NCBI GenBank assembly: GCA_030640385.1
Contig: DAOWJL010000057.1
Span: forward strand, 1-28,940
Direction of reading: 5' to 3'
Origin: Dehalococcoidia bacterium
GTDB taxonomy: Bacteria > Chloroflexota > Dehalococcoidia > Dehalococcoidales > G020351185
DNA: 28,940 nucleotides
The notes beneath the pieces are model-generated. The model was given only the letters and a program-made list of their open reading frames with translations. It was not told where the DNA came from and did not search any database. The number at the start of each line of letters is the position of its first letter. The stretch's first letter is position 1. Made by a program: the position numbers and the translations under genes. Of this stretch, positions 24,898 to 28,940 are shown piece after piece.

Positions 24898-26046
24898 TTA
24901 AAAGGTTTTCTTGCGCAGCCCGGAAGCGATGACATCCCTTAAAATCTGGTTGGTGCCCTCGTATATCTGAGTAATTTTGGCATCACGCATCATTTTTTCA
25001 ACCGGGTAATCCTGCATATAGCCGACGCCACCGAAAATCTGAATGGCATCTATGGTGACCCTCATAGCAACATCTGAGGCGAAGGTCTTCGCCATGGCGG
25101 ATTCCGTGCTGAAGCTCCTGACGCCGCTGTCAACGGTTCTGGCGGCGGCATAGACCAGTGCCCTTGCCGCCTCCACGTCGGTTGCCATGTTGGCAAGCAT
25201 ATGGCTGACGGCTTGGAAAGAGATAATGGGCTGACCGAATTGATTACGTTGCTTGGCATAGTCCAGCGCTGCTTCTAAAGCCCCCTGAGCCAGACCTACT
25301 GCCTGCGCCCCGATACCGGGGCGGGAACCGTCAAATAACCGCATAGTCATGGGGAAACCCATCCCCTCCTTACCGATGATGTTTTCTAAAGGCACCAGGC
25401 AGTCTTCAAAAATCAGCTCTCTTGTTATAGAGGAGCGGATACCAAGCTTTTTCTCTTTCCTGCCGAAGGTAAAGCCGGGAGTATCATTCTCTACCAACAA
25501 GGCACTGGCGCCGCGGATGCCTCTTCCCTTATCGGTAAGGGCAATAATTGTATAGATATCAGCCTCGCCAGCATTGGTGATGAATTGCTTGGTACCGTTT
25601 ATTATATAGCCGTTATCCACCCGGGTAGCGGTTGTTTTTATGGCACTGGCGTCGCTGCCGGCGGTTTCTTCGGTAAGGGCGAAGGCGGTAAGTTTCTTGC
25701 CACTGGCGATATCAGGCAGATACTTGCGTTTTTGTTCTTTGCTACCGTACTCAAGGAGCGTCATGCTTCCCAGCGCATTAACGGCGTAGCTGACAGCCAA
25801 CCCGGCGCATATACGGCCCAGTTCTTCGGTTACCAGACACAGTTCAAAGCAACCACCGCCCAGACCGCCGTACTCTTCGGGGATATAGAGACCCAGCAGG
25901 TCGGTATCAGCCAGTTCCTGTATTACCGATTTGGGAAACTCCTCCTTCTCGTCAAGCTCGGCTCGCAGAGGCAACATCTTATCCTCGGCAATAGTCCTCG
26001 CCATCTGTTTGACCGTTTTTTGTAGCTCCGTCAGGAAATATTCCAA
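24898..26046 (-). CDS. Acyl-CoA dehydrogenase (short-chain-like)
   Basis: AFALTEETAGSDA, NGTKQFITN, KLGIRSS, RNQFG, QIFGGVGY, catalytic IYEGTNQI. Confidence 0.95.
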   Translation of the reverse strand: MEYFLTELQKTVKQMARTIAEDKMLPLRAELDEKEEFPKSVIQELADTDLLGLYIPEEYGGLGGGCFELCLVTEELGRICAGLAVSYAVNALGSMTLLEYGSKEQKRKYLPDIASGKKLTAFALTEETAGSDASAIKTTATRVDNGYIINGTKQFITNAGEADIYTIIALTDKGRGIRGASALLVENDTPGFTFGRKEKKLGIRSSITRELIFEDCLVPLENIIGKEGMGFPMTMRLFDGSRPGIGAQAVGLAQGALEAALDYAKQRNQFGQPIISFQAVSHMLANMATDVEAARALVYAAARTVDSGVRSFSTESAMAKTFASDVAMRVTIDAIQIFGGVGYMQDYPVEKMMRDAKITQIYEGTNQILRDVIASGLRKKTF

Positions 26047-26116
26047 ATCATTCTCCTTTTACTCGTTTGGTTTTGGCGGGTGCGGGTGGATGATTGCAAT
26101 AAAGATAGTTCTGTGT

Positions 26117-26190
26117 ATTATAGGTTATGACCTATACCGGCTGTCAAGCAGGATCGGATTATTGACAGACGATATATTGTAGCCTATAAT
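26117..26190. promoter_or_regulatory. Back-to-back divergent sigma70 promoters with dyads
   Basis: Plus strand: TTGACA 26162-26167, 17 bp, TATAAT 26185-26190. Minus strand: TTGACA 26147-26142, 19 bp, TATAAT 26122-26117. Confidence 0.75.
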
Positions 26191-26303
26191 CCGATAGGCT
26201 ACGGGGCTTCATACACTGTTTAATAGCCATAGATTAACCCCAGAACTGCACTGTGAATAAGTTGATAGATGAAGTAAACTTTTCCCGTAAGGAGGTCAAT
26301 CTG

Positions 26304-26534
26304 GTGTCGGCAAAGGCTTTTGTACTTATCGAGACAGCAGTCGGTAAAACTAAAGAGGTAGTTTCAGCCCTGAAAAAGACGGAAGGTTTAAATTCGGTTG
26401 ATACCGTAACCGGTCCCTATGATATTATTGCCGTTGTAGAAGCGGAAGACCTGAACAAAATTGGTGACCTGATTACCGGTAAAATTCACGCCATTGAAGG
26501 TATATCAAGGACGGTTACCTGCCTGGTGGTATAA
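26304..26534 (+). CDS. Stand-alone Lrp/AsnC ligand-binding (RAM) domain; GTG start at 26304 preferred
   Basis: AFVLIET..GK, VTGPYDIIAVVEA, IEGISRTVT; no HTH. AAGGAGGT precedes the GTG. Confidence 0.9.
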   Translation: MSAKAFVLIETAVGKTKEVVSALKKTEGLNSVDTVTGPYDIIAVVEAEDLNKIGDLITGKIHAIEGISRTVTCLVV

Positions 26535-26547
26535 GCTAGAACAGGTA

Positions 26548-28221
26548 TTACATTGTCTCCGGTGCCGTCATCCCCATCAGGTGCAGGGTTCTGGCCAGCA
26601 CAAGCTTGGCGGCAGCCACCAGTTTTAAGCGGGCTTTGCATAGCGGTTCGTCATCGGAAACGACACGGCACTGTTTATAAAAGCTATGAAAAGCTGTAGC
26701 CAGGTCCTGGGCATAATAAGTGAGGTGGTGGGGCTCCAGGGTGTTGGCTATCAGCTCAACTATCTCGGGCAGCATCAGCATCTTACGTATCAGGCTGAGT
26801 TCCGGTTCGGCAGCAAGTAAAGAGACATCTCCATCATTAAAACTGATTTCCATCTCTTTCGCCAGGCGGAGGATGCTGGCAATGCGGGCGTGGGCATACT
26901 GAACATAATAGACGGGGTTATCCTGAGACTCTTTTTTAGCCAGTTCCAGGTCAAAGTCCATCTGGCTATCGGCGGAACGAGCCAGGAAGAAGAAGCGGCA
27001 GGCATCAACGCCAACTTCCTCTATAACCTCATGCAGGGTAACGATATCACCGCTGCGCTTTGATAGGCGTACCAGCTCACCACCCCGCCTTAAAGTCACC
27101 ATCTGGGAAATTATTACCTCAAGTCTTTCGGGGTCAATACCAAGGGCGCTGACAACGGCTTTCATTCTGGAGACGTGCCCCTGGTGGTCAGCCCCCCAGA
27201 TATCTATTACCCGGTCAAAATGGCGCTCGACGAACTTGTTATAGTGATAGGCAATGTCGGTAGCGAAGTAGGTTGCCGAGCCGTCACTGCGAACGACGAC
27301 ATTATCCTTATCTTCACCCAGGGCGGTGGAGACGAACCAGGTGGCAGACTCCTTGTCGGCGAGGTAGCCACCCTGTTTTAGTATTGACATGACTTTCCTG
27401 TACTGCCCGTTATCATAAAGGCTTTTTTCACTGAACCAGACATCGAAGTTCACCCCCAGTAAATCCAGGTCCTGTTTTATCTGGCTTATCATTTTTGCCA
27501 GCCCCACCTTCCCGATTTGTGATTCGGCTTCCTGTTGTGGAAGATTGAGGAAGCTGTCCCCTTTCTCATCTTTAATCTCTTTAGCCAGTTCAATCATATA
27601 GTTACCGAAATAGCCTTCTGCCGGCATTTCGGTGTCAATACCCAGGGACTGCTGATAGCGGGCAAAAAGTGAACGGTTAAAGGTATTTATCTGGTTACCG
27701 GTATCGTTTATGTAGTATTCCTCCTCAACGGCAAAGCCGGCAATATTCAGGACATTAGCCAGTGCGCTGCCCAGAATGGCGCCGCGCCCATGCCCGACAT
27801 GCAGCGGGCCGGTGGGATTGACGCTGACGAATTCTATCTGCACCCGTTTCCCCTTGCCAAGTTCAATGCTGCCATAGGTATCACCGGCTGACAGAATGTT
27901 GCTTACCTGGTGTGTTAGCCAGTCATTACTGAATGTAAAGTTAATGAAACCTGGTGGCGCTACGGCAATGTCGGCAATCTCGGGGCTGGGGGTGATAGGT
28001 TTGGTTATGATGTTAGCTATGGCGAGCGGCTCAAGACCAGCTGCCCGTGCCAGCTTAAGCGGAAAGCTGGTGGCGTAATCGCCGTGCTCCGGGTTCTGGG
28101 GACGTTCCACTGAAACCTCGGGCAGTGGAACCTGCGGCAGTTTCCCCGATGTCTGGGCTTGAACTGCCGCCTGCTGCAGCGAATCGATTATTTTTTGCCT
28201 GATGGATAGTATTTCACTCAC
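26548..28221 (-). CDS. argS: Arginyl-tRNA synthetase
   Basis: [12 protein letters not shown]-like [45 protein letters not shown]. Confidence 0.98.
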   Translation of the reverse strand: MSEILSIRQKIIDSLQQAAVQAQTSGKLPQVPLPEVSVERPQNPEHGDYATSFPLKLARAAGLEPLAIANIITKPITPSPEIADIAVAPPGFINFTFSNDWLTHQVSNILSAGDTYGSIELGKGKRVQIEFVSVNPTGPLHVGHGRGAILGSALANVLNIAGFAVEEEYYINDTGNQINTFNRSLFARYQQSLGIDTEMPAEGYFGNYMIELAKEIKDEKGDSFLNLPQQEAESQIGKVGLAKMISQIKQDLDLLGVNFDVWFSEKSLYDNGQYRKVMSILKQGGYLADKESATWFVSTALGEDKDNVVVRSDGSATYFATDIAYHYNKFVERHFDRVIDIWGADHQGHVSRMKAVVSALGIDPERLEVIISQMVTLRRGGELVRLSKRSGDIVTLHEVIEEVGVDACRFFFLARSADSQMDFDLELAKKESQDNPVYYVQYAHARIASILRLAKEMEISFNDGDVSLLAAEPELSLIRKMLMLPEIVELIANTLEPHHLTYYAQDLATAFHSFYKQCRVVSDDEPLCKARLKLVAAAKLVLARTLHLMGMTAPETM

Positions 28222-28327
28222 CGCTCGTTCTCTGGTTGGCTGGATTTTAACGCATTATAGCACAATGCCGTTTGAAAAGGGATAACTCGGACACTCTTAT
28301 CTATCTGCGGGAGGAGAAAATTCGAAC

Positions 28328-28940
28328 TCAAGATGAGAAAACGTCTTTTTCTATTTCCCTTTTTAACTCTGTTGCTATCTCAGCTATTGTTTTCTTACTG
28401 CTATCAATAGCTATTTTGTCTGCAAGAGAAGGGCTGTATTTCAAAATATCTCTTTTGATAATACCATACCAAATAGGCAAAATTACTTTCCGGCTGTCTA
28501 TTTCTCTTGCGGTTAATCCGTTTAATTCGTATTGTGGCCAGTTTTTTAAAAAGAAATATTTTGATAAAACTACAATTCCATATTTCGAATTGACCAAGCC
28601 CCTATCAATAGAACCTCTCAAACTATCGCCCACTTTTAATTCGAATTCATCATACCATATTTTTAATCCTAACCCGCTAAGTTTCTCTGCAAGAGGTTTT
28701 ACAAATTCCTGCTTATCTTCACTTGCATGGGAAATAAATGCATCATATCCTATTTCATCTGGTTCTTCTTCAGACTGTTCAAATTGTCGTTTAGCAAGGC
28801 GTAACATAAGACCACTATGAAATGAAAAAACTTCGTCTGCTGTTTTGAATTGAGATTTTGTATAAAGATTCATTGGTGTAGAGCCACCTACAACCCACCA
28901 TTCTTTATCTTTCATATCAGTAGTTTCTACAGACAACACA
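28328..28940 (-). CDS. TIR-domain protein, 5'-truncated by the window edge
   Basis: YDAFISHASEDK, WYDEFELKVGDSL, GIVVLS..F..NWPQYEL. AT-rich, and the frame is open to the end of the window. Confidence 0.9.
   Translation of the reverse strand, partial: VLSVETTDMKDKEWWVVGGSTPMNLYTKSQFKTADEVFSFHSGLMLRLAKRQFEQSEEEPDEIGYDAFISHASEDKQEFVKPLAEKLSGLGLKIWYDEFELKVGDSLRGSIDRGLVNSKYGIVVLSKYFFLKNWPQYELNGLTAREIDSRKVILPIWYGIIKRDILKYSPSLADKIAIDSSKKTIAEIATELKREIEKDVFSS

Noticed and set aside
26200-26289. Long-range pairing in the Lrp leader (TACGGG/CCCGTA and CTTCAT/ATGAAG) as a structured RNA
   Set aside because: Only two 6-bp helices with a large asymmetric bulge, which is compatible with chance, and no known motif.

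Overview
Mostly housekeeping chromosome, probably from an anaerobic Chloroflexota (Dehalococcoidia-like) bacterium. That assignment is inferred from gene style and the yceD-rpmF-fabD-fabG-nusB-acpP order, not from a database search. Core genes: rsmG, acyl-CoA ligase, DegV, AAA_33 kinase, pepA, ArsA-like ATPase, Crp/Fnr regulator, ferredoxin, yggU, pncC, NUDIX, rph, proA, proB, mfd, a cobalamin radical SAM enzyme, a fatty-acid synthesis cluster, acyl-CoA dehydrogenase, a stand-alone Lrp domain and argS. No rRNA, tRNA, transposase, integrase, cas gene or CRISPR array was seen. The most interesting signals lie between the ORFs: (1) a ~30-codon thiC-like relic just upstream of an orphan TPP riboswitch; (2) two identically spaced CRP-type boxes at -41.5 in front of the ferredoxin and a double zinc-ribbon gene, one box lying inside the 3' end of the crp gene itself; (3) an unannotated 55-aa ORF between proB and proA, paralogous to its 91-aa neighbour and ending inside a REP-like palindrome cluster; (4) a dispersed REP-like palindromic element next to accessory genes; (5) AT-rich defence-like singletons, namely a TIR-domain gene cut by the window edge and a PD-(D/E)xK-like ORF; (6) strong GATC avoidance. 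All coordinates and counts were done by eye and need computational confirmation.
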